Below, in pieces: positions 36,820 to 46,571 of a DNA stretch of 64,000 nt. Below the pieces are notes generated by a model that ran no database searches, had not been told where the DNA came from, and saw only the letters and a list, made by a program, of their open reading frames with translations. The stretch lies in contig JAYSBP010000012.1 of the NCBI GenBank assembly GCA_041915365.1, positions 843-64,842 of the forward strand, read 5' to 3'. A program made the position numbers and the translations under genes. The DNA is from Campylobacterales bacterium (GTDB taxonomy: Bacteria > Campylobacterota > Campylobacteria > Campylobacterales > UBA6016). Within the stretch, counting starts at the first letter, position 1. Every line of letters starts with the position of its first letter.

Positions 36820-37520
36820 GCCTTGTCGGCTTTTACGAATTTCTCACCGCCGAAGACGATGGCTATATCTCCCTCTTTCCAGAATATAGTTCTCCATATC
36901 TGGTAGTAAATGTGGAAAATTGTCCAAGCTATAATCCACCACATCATCGTATGATGCGCTATTCTAACACCCATATTGTCGCCGAAAACCCATAGCGTCC
37001 AGTCTGTTGAAAGGTGCAAGACCAAAGGCCACCATGCCCCTACAGAACTCTCTCCGCTTGCAAGACCGTGAACATAAAGTTGAAGACCGGTAAGCAGCAT
37101 AAGAACTAGTAAAATGTGAAATACTGTGAAATAAACAGTATTAAAACTATCTGCGTGTGCAGAGTTAAAATTTTTGCGCTTGTTAAACGTCATAAGATTT
37201 ACAAACACTTCCCAAAACTCAGTTATATTTTCTTTATTTGGGATAACTTTTAGATAAGCCTTTTCAAATCTACTGTAAAAATACAGATATGCGATAACGA
37301 TAGACGTTACGTCCAAAATAATCGCACCTATGAAGTGAATTAGCCTATTGTACGCCATAACATACTTGTCTACCGCCGGATCCGCTATAAAGCTTTGGTA
37401 GTAAGGGTGTCCTATGTAAAGACCCGTTATCACGCAAGCCAATATCGATATAGCGTTTGCCCAGTGTATAACACGGCCGGCGACGGTCATTCTTTTGACC
37501 GGCACTACCGTCTTAGACAT
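36816..37520 (-). CDS. hydC: Ni/Fe-hydrogenase b-type cytochrome subunit
   Basis: Four TM helices with conserved His ligands. ATG 37520 overlaps the hydB stop by 8 nt. The ORF extension to 37580 lies inside hydB. Confidence 0.8.
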   Translation of the reverse strand: MSKTVVPVKRMTVAGRVIHWANAISILACVITGLYIGHPYYQSFIADPAVDKYVMAYNRLIHFIGAIILDVTSIVIAYLYFYSRFEKAYLKVIPNKENITEFWEVFVNLMTFNKRKNFNSAHADSFNTVYFTVFHILLVLMLLTGLQLYVHGLASGESSVGAWWPLVLHLSTDWTLWVFGDNMGVRIAHHTMMWWIIAWTIFHIYYQIWRTIFWKEGDIAIVFGGEKFVKADKA

Positions 37521-39258
37521 TGCACACCCCCGCACTTGGAGAGATTTTGAACACACCAAGCTCTTTTCCTTTTGTATCAACTATATGAACTGCACAAGCA
37601 ATACAAGGGTCGAAGCTATGGATAGTTCGTAGTATCTCAAGCGGTTGATCAGGATTTGCCACTTTTGTGCCGACAAGCGAAGCCTCATAAGCACCCATTC
37701 TACCTTTCGCATCTCTAGGGCCTGCATTCCAAGTTGACGGAACGATACATTGGTAGTTTTCGATTTTGCCGTCTTTGATTTTTACCCAGTGGCCTAGCGC
37801 ACCTCTTGGGGCCTCAGCCATACCGTAACCCTCAGCATCTTTTGCAACTTTATCAAAGTCAAACTGTGTCCAAGTGTCAAGCTGACCACTTGTCGTATTT
37901 TTGAGTAGCTCATCAGTCCACTCCATCATAGCGTCAGCCATCAGCTCAGTCTCGACGGCTCTTGCAGCAGTTCTACCTACGGTTGAGAATAGTGCAGTTA
38001 GAGGTACTTGTGCGCCAACATGCGCATTTAGCTTGCCAAAGAATCCGTCAACATAAGATTTAATTCTCTTATCGCCTTTTGCATAACCGATTACCATTCT
38101 AGCTAGCGGCCCGACCTCAACTCTGTTGTCGTTATAGATTGGAGCTTTAATCCAAGAGTACTTGTTTTTTGTATCAAGATAAGCTATACCGTTCTCTTTT
38201 TTGCCAAAGCCTGTATATTCAGGAATTGTCTCGCCTTTGAACGGATGAAGAGGGGCTGTGCCTTTATACCATGCGTGAGTTACGTCTTCAGTAATTTTTG
38301 CTTGGTCAAGTTCGAGCACCTTGCTTATATCTTTGTTTAGCACTACACCACTTGGGAAAAGCAGAGATGCTTTGTAAAAATCATTGTCATCAAGTCTAAA
38401 GTCGCCATAACTCATATAGCTTCCAAGACCACCGCCGACACCTGCTAGCGCTTCGTCAGCATAAGCTTTTCCAGCTAGAACTACGTCAGGGATATATGCG
38501 TTTTTAGTAAAATCTTGACCTTTTTTTAGCCATTGTTTGAACTGAGCTATTCTGGCAGGGTTTTGTATGTCTTGAACACAAGTTACGCCGCCTACGACGA
38601 AGCTTTGAGGGTGTGGCATTTTACCACCGAATATCGCCATCATTTTTGCAAGTTCTTTTTGCAAATCAAGAGCGTCTAGGTAGTGTGATAGGATGATTAG
38701 GTTCTCTTCAGGGTTTAGCTTGTAAGCCTTGCTTCCCCAGTATCCGTTTCCAAATATTCCCAGTCTACCTTGTTTTACAAATTTAGTAACCCTCTCTTGA
38801 ACTGCTTTGTAATTTGCCTCACTAACATTCCAAGGTTTTGCAGATACTTTATTTGCAAGCTCTACAGCTTTTTTTGGATCTGCTTTTAGAGCCGCTACTA
38901 CGTCTACCCAGTCAAGACCGTGTAGGTGATAGAAGTGAACTATGTGGTCGTGCACATAAAGAGCACCCTGAACAAGATTTCTTACAAGTCTTGCATTTTT
39001 AGGGATTTTTACTTTGAATGCGTGCTCAACGCCCTCTATACTTCTTTGATAGTGTGTACCGGTACAAACACCGCAGATTCTCATTGCCAGAAGTCCTGCG
39101 TCCCTAGGATCTCTGCCCTTTAGTATCGTTTCAATACCTCTAAACATAGTAGAAGCGCTGTATGCGTCAACTATTTTGTTATTGTCATCGATTACCACCT
39201 CAACCCTAAGGTGACCCTCAATCCTGGTAATCGGATCTATTACAACGTGTTTGCTCAT
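37513..39258 (-). CDS. hydB: [NiFe]-hydrogenase large subunit
   Basis: N-terminal RICGVC and C-terminal DPCIACAVH nickel-binding motifs, followed by a cleavable C-terminal extension. Confidence 0.95.
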   Translation of the reverse strand: MSKHVVIDPITRIEGHLRVEVVIDDNNKIVDAYSASTMFRGIETILKGRDPRDAGLLAMRICGVCTGTHYQRSIEGVEHAFKVKIPKNARLVRNLVQGALYVHDHIVHFYHLHGLDWVDVVAALKADPKKAVELANKVSAKPWNVSEANYKAVQERVTKFVKQGRLGIFGNGYWGSKAYKLNPEENLIILSHYLDALDLQKELAKMMAIFGGKMPHPQSFVVGGVTCVQDIQNPARIAQFKQWLKKGQDFTKNAYIPDVVLAGKAYADEALAGVGGGLGSYMSYGDFRLDDNDFYKASLLFPSGVVLNKDISKVLELDQAKITEDVTHAWYKGTAPLHPFKGETIPEYTGFGKKENGIAYLDTKNKYSWIKAPIYNDNRVEVGPLARMVIGYAKGDKRIKSYVDGFFGKLNAHVGAQVPLTALFSTVGRTAARAVETELMADAMMEWTDELLKNTTSGQLDTWTQFDFDKVAKDAEGYGMAEAPRGALGHWVKIKDGKIENYQCIVPSTWNAGPRDAKGRMGAYEASLVGTKVANPDQPLEILRTIHSFDPCIACAVHIVDTKGKELGVFKISPSAGVCNV

Positions 39259-40496
39259 TAGTTATCTCCCTCTCCACTTTTTTTACCCGCAAATGCACTT
39301 ATAGCAGCATGAATACCTACGCCGACAACCGCAGCCGTTACTAGACCCATACCGAATTCGTCTATTGATTTTTCTACGCCGCCGCTAGGAGCTTTGATAC
39401 CTGCGTTTGCCATCGGTCTTTCATAAGCATATTTATCCCAGAAGTTAGGCTCAGAACATCCGATACAGCCCCTACCTACACCAATAGGCCAGTTTGTACC
39501 ATCGTTATATCTAATGATTGAACAGTTGTTAAATGTCATAGGACCTTTACAGCCCATTTTGTATAGACAGAAGTTATTTTTTGCACCAGCGTCGCCCCAT
39601 TTTTCTACGAATTCACCAGCATCAAAGTGAGCTCTTCTTTCGCAGTTGTCGTGGATTCTATAACCAAACGCAAATTTTGGTCTAAGTAGGTGGTCAAGCT
39701 CAGGCACAGTACCAGTCATCAGATAATGAAGTACAACACCAACCATATTTGCAGGGTTTGCCGGACATGCAGGGATATTGATAACAGGCTTACCTTTTAC
39801 TATATCCATAACACCTACAGCGCCGGTAGGATTTGGGGCTGCGGCAGGTACACCGCCAAATGTAGCGCAAGCACCGACGGCAACAACAGCTGCTGCATCG
39901 GCAGACAGTCTTCTTAGGTGTTCCTCAAATGTTTCGCCGCTAGCGCCTATTGTTCCATATATACCTTTATCTTTTACAGGTATCGAACCTTCTACGAATA
40001 GTATATATTTGCCCTTGAACGTGTGCATACCGTCTTCAAGTTGTTTTTCAGCTTGATGTCCAGCAGCCGCCATAAGAGTTTCGTGATACTCAAGGCTGAT
40101 AATATCAAATAGCAAATCGTCAACCGTAGGAGCAGAGCTTCTAAGAAGTGCCTCAGAGTTTCCTGCACAGTCTTGTAGCTCTATCCAAATCACCGGAGCT
40201 CTATTCATAAGCTCAGCTGCCTCAGCAACCAAAGGCTCAAAGAAAGATGGAAGCATCAAAGTAGCGGTTGTAGCCGAAACCCACTTCAAAAAATCCCTTC
40301 TGTTTATGTCGTGAGCCTCAAGAGTTTCATAGATGTCAAACTCAGATTTTGAAGTCTCTTCTTTTTTGAGAGTTTCAAGTCTTGTTTTACATTTCTCGTA
40401 TAACGATTTATAATAACTCTCGCCTTTGTTTGTGTCCATGTACGAAGGCGTAGCGGTGAATGCCGTTAGTATCGGCTCGTGGCAACTGCTTTGCAT
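39258..40496 (-). CDS. hydA: [NiFe]-hydrogenase small subunit (Tat-exported)
   Basis: Twin-arginine signal NRRDFLKW, FeS-cluster cysteines and a C-terminal membrane anchor. The true start could be the internal ATG at 40439. Confidence 0.9.
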   Translation of the reverse strand: MQSSCHEPILTAFTATPSYMDTNKGESYYKSLYEKCKTRLETLKKEETSKSEFDIYETLEAHDINRRDFLKWVSATTATLMLPSFFEPLVAEAAELMNRAPVIWIELQDCAGNSEALLRSSAPTVDDLLFDIISLEYHETLMAAAGHQAEKQLEDGMHTFKGKYILFVEGSIPVKDKGIYGTIGASGETFEEHLRRLSADAAAVVAVGACATFGGVPAAAPNPTGAVGVMDIVKGKPVINIPACPANPANMVGVVLHYLMTGTVPELDHLLRPKFAFGYRIHDNCERRAHFDAGEFVEKWGDAGAKNNFCLYKMGCKGPMTFNNCSIIRYNDGTNWPIGVGRGCIGCSEPNFWDKYAYERPMANAGIKAPSGGVEKSIDEFGMGLVTAAVVGVGIHAAISAFAGKKSGEGDN

Positions 40497-40638
40497 ATTT
40501 CTCCCCCTTTTTTTATACGCTTTGTAGGCTATGTCGCAAATTCTAGTTAAACATTTCTTAACCGTTTATTAATTTTTAACTTTTTGTTAAGTATTATTTA
40601 TTTATAAAAAAATAATACTTGATGAATGTTTTTGAATT

Positions 40639-40655
40639 TGGGAACGGTTTTTGCT
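40639..40655 (+). promoter_or_regulatory. sigma-54 (RpoN) promoter, -24/-12 elements
   Basis: TGGGAACGGTTTTTGCT has GG at 40641-40642 and GC at 40653-40654. That is the exact TGGCAC-N5-TTGC spacing and close to the Campylobacter form GGAAC-N-TTTGCT. It lies 41 nt upstream of ATG 40695. Confidence 0.65.
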
Positions 40656-40694
40656 GAAATGTAACTAAACCATTATAATTAAAGGCGGCAAATT

Positions 40695-41300
40695 ATGAAT
40701 GTCGATTTTTTAATCAAAACAAACCCATTTAATGTTCCAGGGATACAAGCTACAAAAGCAGATGAAGGTGAAGCGAAGAAAAGCGAGGCTTCATCACAAG
40801 TAGCTTCGCAGGCAACAAAAGCTCCATCTGGTGCAAACTTTGTACAGAAAATTAAAGATACAAACGACGCCGTAGGCTTCATCCAAACAGGGCAAGCTTT
40901 TTTGAATCGTCTTGATAAAGAGGGTATTACCGATTTTGACGGAGCGGCAAAATTAGCGGAGGGAATATCTTTTGCAGGCAAAAACGTCGCCTCAAAACAA
41001 AGCTTTGACACAACTGCTGGTGTGCTTCATATTGATATAGCCTCAGAAGACATGGGCTTTGGTTTCGACTTTGAGAGTTGGAAATCAAATGTTTCAGAGA
41101 TGCTAAAAAGCAAAAAAGAGCAAATCTCAAATCCACTAGCCGCTTTTGGCGCAGCAAAAAAAGAGCAAATGGACAGCGCAGCTCAAAAATTAAACGCCCA
41201 GTCGCAAAATCCAAAACTCGGCTCGCTTCTTGACGAAATCAATGAGAGCCTCAATAGGTTTGAACAAAAAGCAAACGAAATAGGCAACGCCATATTTTAA
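40695..41300 (+). CDS. compact flagellin-like protein (conserved flagellin N- and C-terminal segments, no central domain)
   Basis: N-terminal FLIKTN (compare flagellin FRINTN). NDAVGFIQTGQAFLNRL (compare NDGISxxQTAEGAL). FAGKNV (compare FNGxxL/V). C-terminal LGSLLDEINESLNRFEQKANEIGNA (compare LGAxQNRLExxIxNL). Sigma-54 promoter upstream. Confidence 0.55.
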   Translation: MNVDFLIKTNPFNVPGIQATKADEGEAKKSEASSQVASQATKAPSGANFVQKIKDTNDAVGFIQTGQAFLNRLDKEGITDFDGAAKLAEGISFAGKNVASKQSFDTTAGVLHIDIASEDMGFGFDFESWKSNVSEMLKSKKEQISNPLAAFGAAKKEQMDSAAQKLNAQSQNPKLGSLLDEINESLNRFEQKANEIGNAIF

Positions 41301-41911
41301 TGTTTGACTGCACTTGCGTAATACTCAGCGGGGGTAAAAGCTCTCGCATGAGAGAGGATGCCGGAATAGACAAAGCTTTTTTGGATTTTTACGGCAAACC
41401 GCTATACGCAAGACAATTTGAAAAATTATCTTCAATATTTCAAAACGTTTACCTATCTGCAAAAAACCGTGAGCATTATGACCAAATAATGACCGGTCAT
41501 ATTATCAAAGACTTAGAGTTTGTAGAAAACATAGATACAACATCACTTTTTGCGCCAACGCTGGGCATGCTAAGCGCATTTGAGGCAACCAAATCAAATT
41601 CAATCTTTTTTATAGGTGTCGACACGCCGTTTATCTCTCAAAACTCAATCTCAAAAATCATATCTAGCAATGCAAAACATAAAAGTGCAAGACACAACGG
41701 GAAAATCCATCCAACGGTCGGGATGTACGACAAAGATATATGTATAGAACTGAGAGATATGATAAAAAACGACAAACACAAATTAACCATGCTTTTAGAG
41801 AAAATCGGTACAATTTTCGTCGATTTAGAGGATGGTTCAGAGCTTGCAAACCTCAATAGATACGAAGATTATGAGAGAGTGATAAACAATGGAGTTAACC
41901 CATTTAGATGA
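41300..41911 (+). CDS. mobA: molybdenum cofactor guanylyltransferase
   Basis: N-terminal [11 protein letters not shown] and a DTPF motif (GVDTPFI). Followed by moaC. Confidence 0.75.
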   Translation: MFDCTCVILSGGKSSRMREDAGIDKAFLDFYGKPLYARQFEKLSSIFQNVYLSAKNREHYDQIMTGHIIKDLEFVENIDTTSLFAPTLGMLSAFEATKSNSIFFIGVDTPFISQNSISKIISSNAKHKSARHNGKIHPTVGMYDKDICIELRDMIKNDKHKLTMLLEKIGTIFVDLEDGSELANLNRYEDYERVINNGVNPFR

Positions 41912-42362
41912 AAATAATCTACCAAAAATGGTAGACGTGTCAGATAAAAATGAAACGGTCAGGGTAGCGGTCGCTAGCGGCACTATCAAAATGAGCGTAG
42001 AAGCGTACAAAGCCGTAAAAGAGGGGACCGCAAAAAAGGGGCCCGTGCTTCAAACAGCAGTTATAGCCGCCGTAATGGGGGCAAAAAAAACAAGTGAACT
42101 AATTCCAATGTGTCACCCGCTAGCCCTATCCTCTGTCAAATGCGACATAGAAGAGCTAGATGCCTTGCCTGGGTTTAGGATGTCGGTCAGGGTCAAGATG
42201 GAGGGGAAAACAGGAGTTGAGATGGAGGCGTTAACTGCCGTATCGACTGGGCTTCTCACGATTTACGATATGGTAAAAGCGATAGATAAAAGTATGGAAA
42301 TCTCAGACATAAGACTCGAAAGCAAAGTCGGAGGCAAAAGTGGTGAATATATTAGAGGGTAA
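41889..42362 (+). CDS. moaC: cyclic pyranopterin monophosphate synthase MoaC
   Basis: LTHLDE...MVDVSDK, IPMCHPL and the [12 protein letters not shown] motifs. Confidence 0.9.
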   Translation: MELTHLDENNLPKMVDVSDKNETVRVAVASGTIKMSVEAYKAVKEGTAKKGPVLQTAVIAAVMGAKKTSELIPMCHPLALSSVKCDIEELDALPGFRMSVRVKMEGKTGVEMEALTAVSTGLLTIYDMVKAIDKSMEISDIRLESKVGGKSGEYIRG

Positions 42363-42606
42363 AAAACTAGAGCTTGAGTATCCAGTATCATGGCAGTACA
42401 AAATAATAGGCGTGGACGAGGGTGAAATGCACGCCAAAAGCATCCATATTCTAAAAGAAAAACCGTTCTCACTCACGCCCTCAAATAAATCATCAAGCGG
42501 AAAATTTGTGAGCCTCACGCTAGAGGTATTAGTCTACAGCGACGATGAAAGACTATATATATATGAAGAGCTACGAAAAGCAGAATGTATAAAGTACGTT
42601 TTGTAA
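42340..42606 (+). CDS. DUF493/YbeD-like small protein
   Basis: 88 aa with the YP-x-x-W-x-Y-K-I-I-G pattern typical of YbeD-family proteins. Confidence 0.55.
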   Translation: MVNILEGKKLELEYPVSWQYKIIGVDEGEMHAKSIHILKEKPFSLTPSNKSSSGKFVSLTLEVLVYSDDERLYIYEELRKAECIKYVL

Positions 42607-42651
42607 TCACTCCGCTGATATAATAAAACCAAACTGAATTTAAGGCATATA

Positions 42652-43359
42652 ATGAAAAAGTGGATATTGGCGTTTTTGGCATTGGCTTCACTGGCGTTCG
42701 CCAAAGAGAGAGCGGAGCTTACTATAACTAGCATAGACCCTGACGGCATGAGTGCGACAGCAAAGGGTGCAGAGGTGCAAAAGGGCGCTACGGGAATAGT
42801 CGTAACCACGATAGTAGGTAGCAAAGATGCGATAGTCGCCTCAGCAAAAGCGCTAAATAGCGGCTCTGAGATAAAAATCAGATTTCAAACACTAACAGAC
42901 CTAGCCCAAGAGGCTCTACCTAGAGCGCTCGTATTGCCGAAAGTAGGCGACAAAGTGATGTTTTATCTAAATGATGAAAGGGCCGTCGTAATCGCAAAAA
43001 ATCAAGCAGATTATCAAAAAGTAGTATCCTCTGAAAACAAAATATGGATGCACCCAGACCTGCTATCCGCACTTCTTACAAAAGAGAGGGTCGGTGAGCC
43101 TGAGGCAAAACACTTTTCGTCATTTTGCAAAATCTACTCAATTGGAACTATATATTTTCCGATAAGAAACAAACTTTATATAGTAGATGCCCAAAGCCTA
43201 GAGGTACTGGAAGAGAGACCTTTTACATCCGATAATTCAAAAGATTTTGAATCTCCGTTTTTCAAAAGAACTGGTGAGATAGAGACAGGCTACATGGGTA
43301 TGTTCAAAGAAAAAGTAAATGACTTTGACTCTTACTACTCAGCGTTAATCGGTAGATAA
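42652..43359 (+). CDS. secreted/periplasmic protein, unknown function
   Basis: Cleavable signal peptide MKKWILAFLALASLAFA. 235 aa with no recognised motif. Confidence 0.5.
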   Translation: MKKWILAFLALASLAFAKERAELTITSIDPDGMSATAKGAEVQKGATGIVVTTIVGSKDAIVASAKALNSGSEIKIRFQTLTDLAQEALPRALVLPKVGDKVMFYLNDERAVVIAKNQADYQKVVSSENKIWMHPDLLSALLTKERVGEPEAKHFSSFCKIYSIGTIYFPIRNKLYIVDAQSLEVLEERPFTSDNSKDFESPFFKRTGEIETGYMGMFKEKVNDFDSYYSALIGR

Positions 43360-43361
43360 AA

Positions 43362-44744
43362 ATGCTAGACAAAAAACATATATCCGCGCTCAAGTCAATA
43401 GTCGGAGACGATAACTGCTTTGACGACAAAGCTCATCTCATAGCGTATTGCTACGATGCTACAAAAAATAGATATGAACCATCGGCAGTAGTATTTCCAA
43501 AAAACGAAGATGATGTAAGCCGTATTCTAAAATACTGCAATGAGCACAAAATAGCGATAGTTCCAAGGGGTGCGGGAAGTGGCTTCACTGGTGGTGCATT
43601 GCCTGTCACCGGTGGGATAGTGCTGGCCTTTGAAAAACATATGAATAAAATCTTAGAGATAGATACCAAAAACCTCGTAGCCGTAGTACAACCTGGGGTC
43701 GTCAACAAAGAGCTTCAAGAAGCGGTTGAGAAAGTTGGACTTTTTTATCCCCCAGACCCTGCAAGCCAAGAGTACAGCACGATAGGCGGCAATGTAGCTG
43801 AAAATGCCGGTGGCATGAGGGCCGCAAAATACGGCATTACAAAAGACTATGTGATGGCAATGAGAGCCGTAATACCAAATGGGGACGTAATAAAAGCCGG
43901 CAAAAGAACCATCAAGGATGTAGCTGGCTACAACCTATGCGGAATACTTGTCGGTTCAGAGGGGACTCTTGCAGTAACAACCGAAATCACGTTGAGACTT
44001 ATAGCGAAACCAAAAATGACGAAAACTGCAATGGGCGTATTCCCTAGCGTGGAGTCAGCCATGGAGGCCGTATATAAGACGTTTGCGGAAGGCATCACAC
44101 CTGTGGCAATGGAGTTTCTCGATAATCTCACAATAAGAGCGGTTGAAGAGGTGCACAAAAAAGGGCTTCCAATAGATGCTGGTGCAATACTCATCACCGA
44201 TGTAGACGGCAACCTAGAGGAAGACCTTGACCTACAAATGGCAGCGCTTGAGAGTGTATTCAAAGCAAATGGATGCAGTGAGTTTGTGCGGGCAAAAGAT
44301 GCCACAGAAGCCGCAAATCTATGGTTCGCGAGAAGAAATGCATCTCAAAGCCTCAAAGTATACGGAAGTAAAAAGCTAAACGAAGATATCACAGTGCCAA
44401 GAGCCGTACTTCCTCAGCTTCTAGCCGAGTATAAAAAAGTAAGTGAAAAATACGGCTTTAATATCCCATGCTTCGGTCACACTGGAGACGGCAACGTACA
44501 CACAAACGTTATGACAGACAAAAACGACCCACACAAAGTAGAGATGGCCGAAAAAGCTATCGAAGAGATATTTCAAATCACAGTTGACCTCGGTGGCACA
44601 CTTAGCGGAGAACACGGTATCGGTATATCCAAAGCCCCTTTTATGAAAATGGCTTTTACCGATGCGGAGCTTGACCTTTTCCGCTCAATCAAAAAAGCGT
44701 TTGACCCAAATAATATACTAAATCCTGGGAAGATGGGGCTGTAG
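43362..44744 (+). CDS. glcD: FAD-linked oxidase (glycolate oxidase GlcD / D-lactate dehydrogenase family)
   Basis: FAD-binding PCMH-type N-terminus (IVPRGAGSGFTGGALP) and C-terminal GEHGIG and LNPGK motifs. Confidence 0.8.
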   Translation: MLDKKHISALKSIVGDDNCFDDKAHLIAYCYDATKNRYEPSAVVFPKNEDDVSRILKYCNEHKIAIVPRGAGSGFTGGALPVTGGIVLAFEKHMNKILEIDTKNLVAVVQPGVVNKELQEAVEKVGLFYPPDPASQEYSTIGGNVAENAGGMRAAKYGITKDYVMAMRAVIPNGDVIKAGKRTIKDVAGYNLCGILVGSEGTLAVTTEITLRLIAKPKMTKTAMGVFPSVESAMEAVYKTFAEGITPVAMEFLDNLTIRAVEEVHKKGLPIDAGAILITDVDGNLEEDLDLQMAALESVFKANGCSEFVRAKDATEAANLWFARRNASQSLKVYGSKKLNEDITVPRAVLPQLLAEYKKVSEKYGFNIPCFGHTGDGNVHTNVMTDKNDPHKVEMAEKAIEEIFQITVDLGGTLSGEHGIGISKAPFMKMAFTDAELDLFRSIKKAFDPNNILNPGKMGL

Positions 44745-44767
44745 AGATTAACGCGAAAGGAAATTAT

Positions 44768-45502
44768 TTGAAAAAAGTTATTTATTCTATTGCGATTTTT
44801 TTATTAATTATTGGATGCGACTCAAAGGTGTCTTCGTTTATTAGCAGTGAAGATAAAGAGGCATTAAAGAGGGCAACCTTGGCATATCAGCAGAAAAATT
44901 ATACTGCTGCATATAACGAAATTAAACCGCTTGCAAACAAAAATATCCCAGAGGCTCTATATGATTTGGGGCTTTTATATGATCGTGGATTAGGTACTGA
45001 TAAAAACGAAACGGAGGCGCTTAAATTGTACTTGAAAGCCGCCGAAGGTGGGTATTCTCAAGCGCAATTTTTGCTAGGGTCTATGTATTCTAGAGATGAT
45101 TCGATTACCAGAAAGAATATACAAGAATCGCTAAGATGGTATAAATTGTCAGCAAAGCAAGGGCATGTTTTGGCACTGTATGATCTAGGGACAATATACT
45201 ATTTTGGCAAAGAAGGTGTACCGCAAAACTTTAGAGAAGCCATTGAATTTTTTAAACAAGCCGCACACAAAGGAAACCATGATGCTCAATTTAATCTAGG
45301 AATGATGTATGGCAAAGGAGAAGGTGCGCCTCAAGATAATACAGAGGCATACAAATGGTTTTCACTGGCAGCTTTCACTGGTAATAAAGAGGCTGAAAAT
45401 AACAGAAATGTTGCCGCTTCTTTCTTAAGTCAAGAGCAAATTATCAAAGCGCAAGACGAAGCTAAATTAATACAAGAAAAGATTGAACGAGAAAGACAAT
45501 AG
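44768..45502 (+). CDS. Sel1-like repeat (SLR) lipoprotein
   Basis: Lipobox LIIGC. Five tandem units of about 36 aa of the form A-x-x-W-Y/F-x-K-A-A-x-x-G-x-x-x-A-Q-x-x-L-G-x-M-Y. TTG start. Confidence 0.75.
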   Translation: MKKVIYSIAIFLLIIGCDSKVSSFISSEDKEALKRATLAYQQKNYTAAYNEIKPLANKNIPEALYDLGLLYDRGLGTDKNETEALKLYLKAAEGGYSQAQFLLGSMYSRDDSITRKNIQESLRWYKLSAKQGHVLALYDLGTIYYFGKEGVPQNFREAIEFFKQAAHKGNHDAQFNLGMMYGKGEGAPQDNTEAYKWFSLAAFTGNKEAENNRNVAASFLSQEQIIKAQDEAKLIQEKIERERQ

Positions 45503-45938
45503 CGATATGCAATATATGGCAAAAAGACAATTAACCAAACTGGAAGCAATGGAAAAACTACTTCAAATTGAAGACATATATAGCAAAAATGCAGCAAGAC
45601 ATGTGGGAATATACTTAATATTGAGCAGTGCTCTTCTTGGTGTATTCCTAGCTCCACAATCAATAGTTTTTAAAGATAGTTTGCTCGCAACCATATGGAT
45701 AATCCTAGTTTTTTCATCTATAATTTTACTGTTTATAAATCTATATGCGATGTCAAAATCAAAACGAAAAGTGTATATTATGACTAGAGCGATAGAAGAA
45801 TCTTTAAAGCCTTCTTGTAAAAAAGATAATGCTAAAGATTTTGATAGTTTTCAATATGTGTTTGTCTTTATTATTTTTGTAGCATTAGCGTACTTTGTTA
45901 TTTTATGGTGCAAACAACTTTTAAACGTAGTCCAATAA
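45483..45938 (+). CDS. 3-TM membrane protein, unknown function
   Basis: 151 aa ORF whose likelier start is MQYMAKRQ at 45507. Three hydrophobic helices. Low-GC sequence. Confidence 0.4.
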   Translation: MNEKDNSDMQYMAKRQLTKLEAMEKLLQIEDIYSKNAARHVGIYLILSSALLGVFLAPQSIVFKDSLLATIWIILVFSSIILLFINLYAMSKSKRKVYIMTRAIEESLKPSCKKDNAKDFDSFQYVFVFIIFVALAYFVILWCKQLLNVVQ

Positions 45939-46225
45939 TGACCAAAACCCAAATCCTCTCAATCCTTGAAAGTCACAAAAGCGATTTTGTCGCACGCTAC
46001 GGCGTGGAGCGTATAGGAGTATTTGGCTCCGTGGCAAGAGATGAGGCAGCCGAAAATAGCGATGTGGATGTGATAGCCCAGATGCCGCCTAGCTTCAAAT
46101 CGTTAATAGAGCTTCAGAGTGAGCTAGAAAAAGAGTTTGGGAGAAAGGTTGACCTCATAAGAATGCACGATAACATGAAAGAAAGATTCAAAAACAGAAT
46201 CTTACGGGAGGCAATTTTTGTCTGA
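45938..46225 (+). CDS. mntA: MNT-type nucleotidyltransferase antitoxin (type VII TA)
   Basis: The minimal NTase motif GVFGSVARDEAAENSDVDV (GS-x10-D-x-D). The ORF opens at 45905, but MTKTQ at 45938 is the likely start. Confidence 0.75.
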   Translation: MTKTQILSILESHKSDFVARYGVERIGVFGSVARDEAAENSDVDVIAQMPPSFKSLIELQSELEKEFGRKVDLIRMHDNMKERFKNRILREAIFV

Positions 46226-46571
46226 TGAGCTTTTTGACGATAAACTTTTGGATATTTTAGAGTCTATAGATATTGTGCTAAAAAGAGCTGGATGTATCTT
46301 GACTCCGCAAGATTTTCTCAAAGATGACGACGCAATAATTTTATTAGACTCGGTACTTATGAGGCTTCAAGCCATAGGCGAGATGTTAAAAAGCCTGACT
46401 TCAAAAACAGACATAGACTCTGAGAATATCAGAGGCGCTATAAAACTAAGAGAAAAAATATCACATCACTATTTAGACCTCGACGCAGAATTGATTTTTG
46501 ATGTTTGCAAAAACCATATTCCAAACCTAAAAGCAGAATTGGAAAGTCTTAAAAAAGCTAAACCCCAATAA
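46218..46571 (+). CDS. hepT: HepT/DUF86-family toxin (HEPN RNase)
   Basis: 117 aa with the R-x4-H HEPN motif (LREKISHHY). It overlaps the MNT gene by 8 nt. Confidence 0.75.
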   Translation: MSDELFDDKLLDILESIDIVLKRAGCILTPQDFLKDDDAIILLDSVLMRLQAIGEMLKSLTSKTDIDSENIRGAIKLREKISHHYLDLDAELIFDVCKNHIPNLKAELESLKKAKPQ

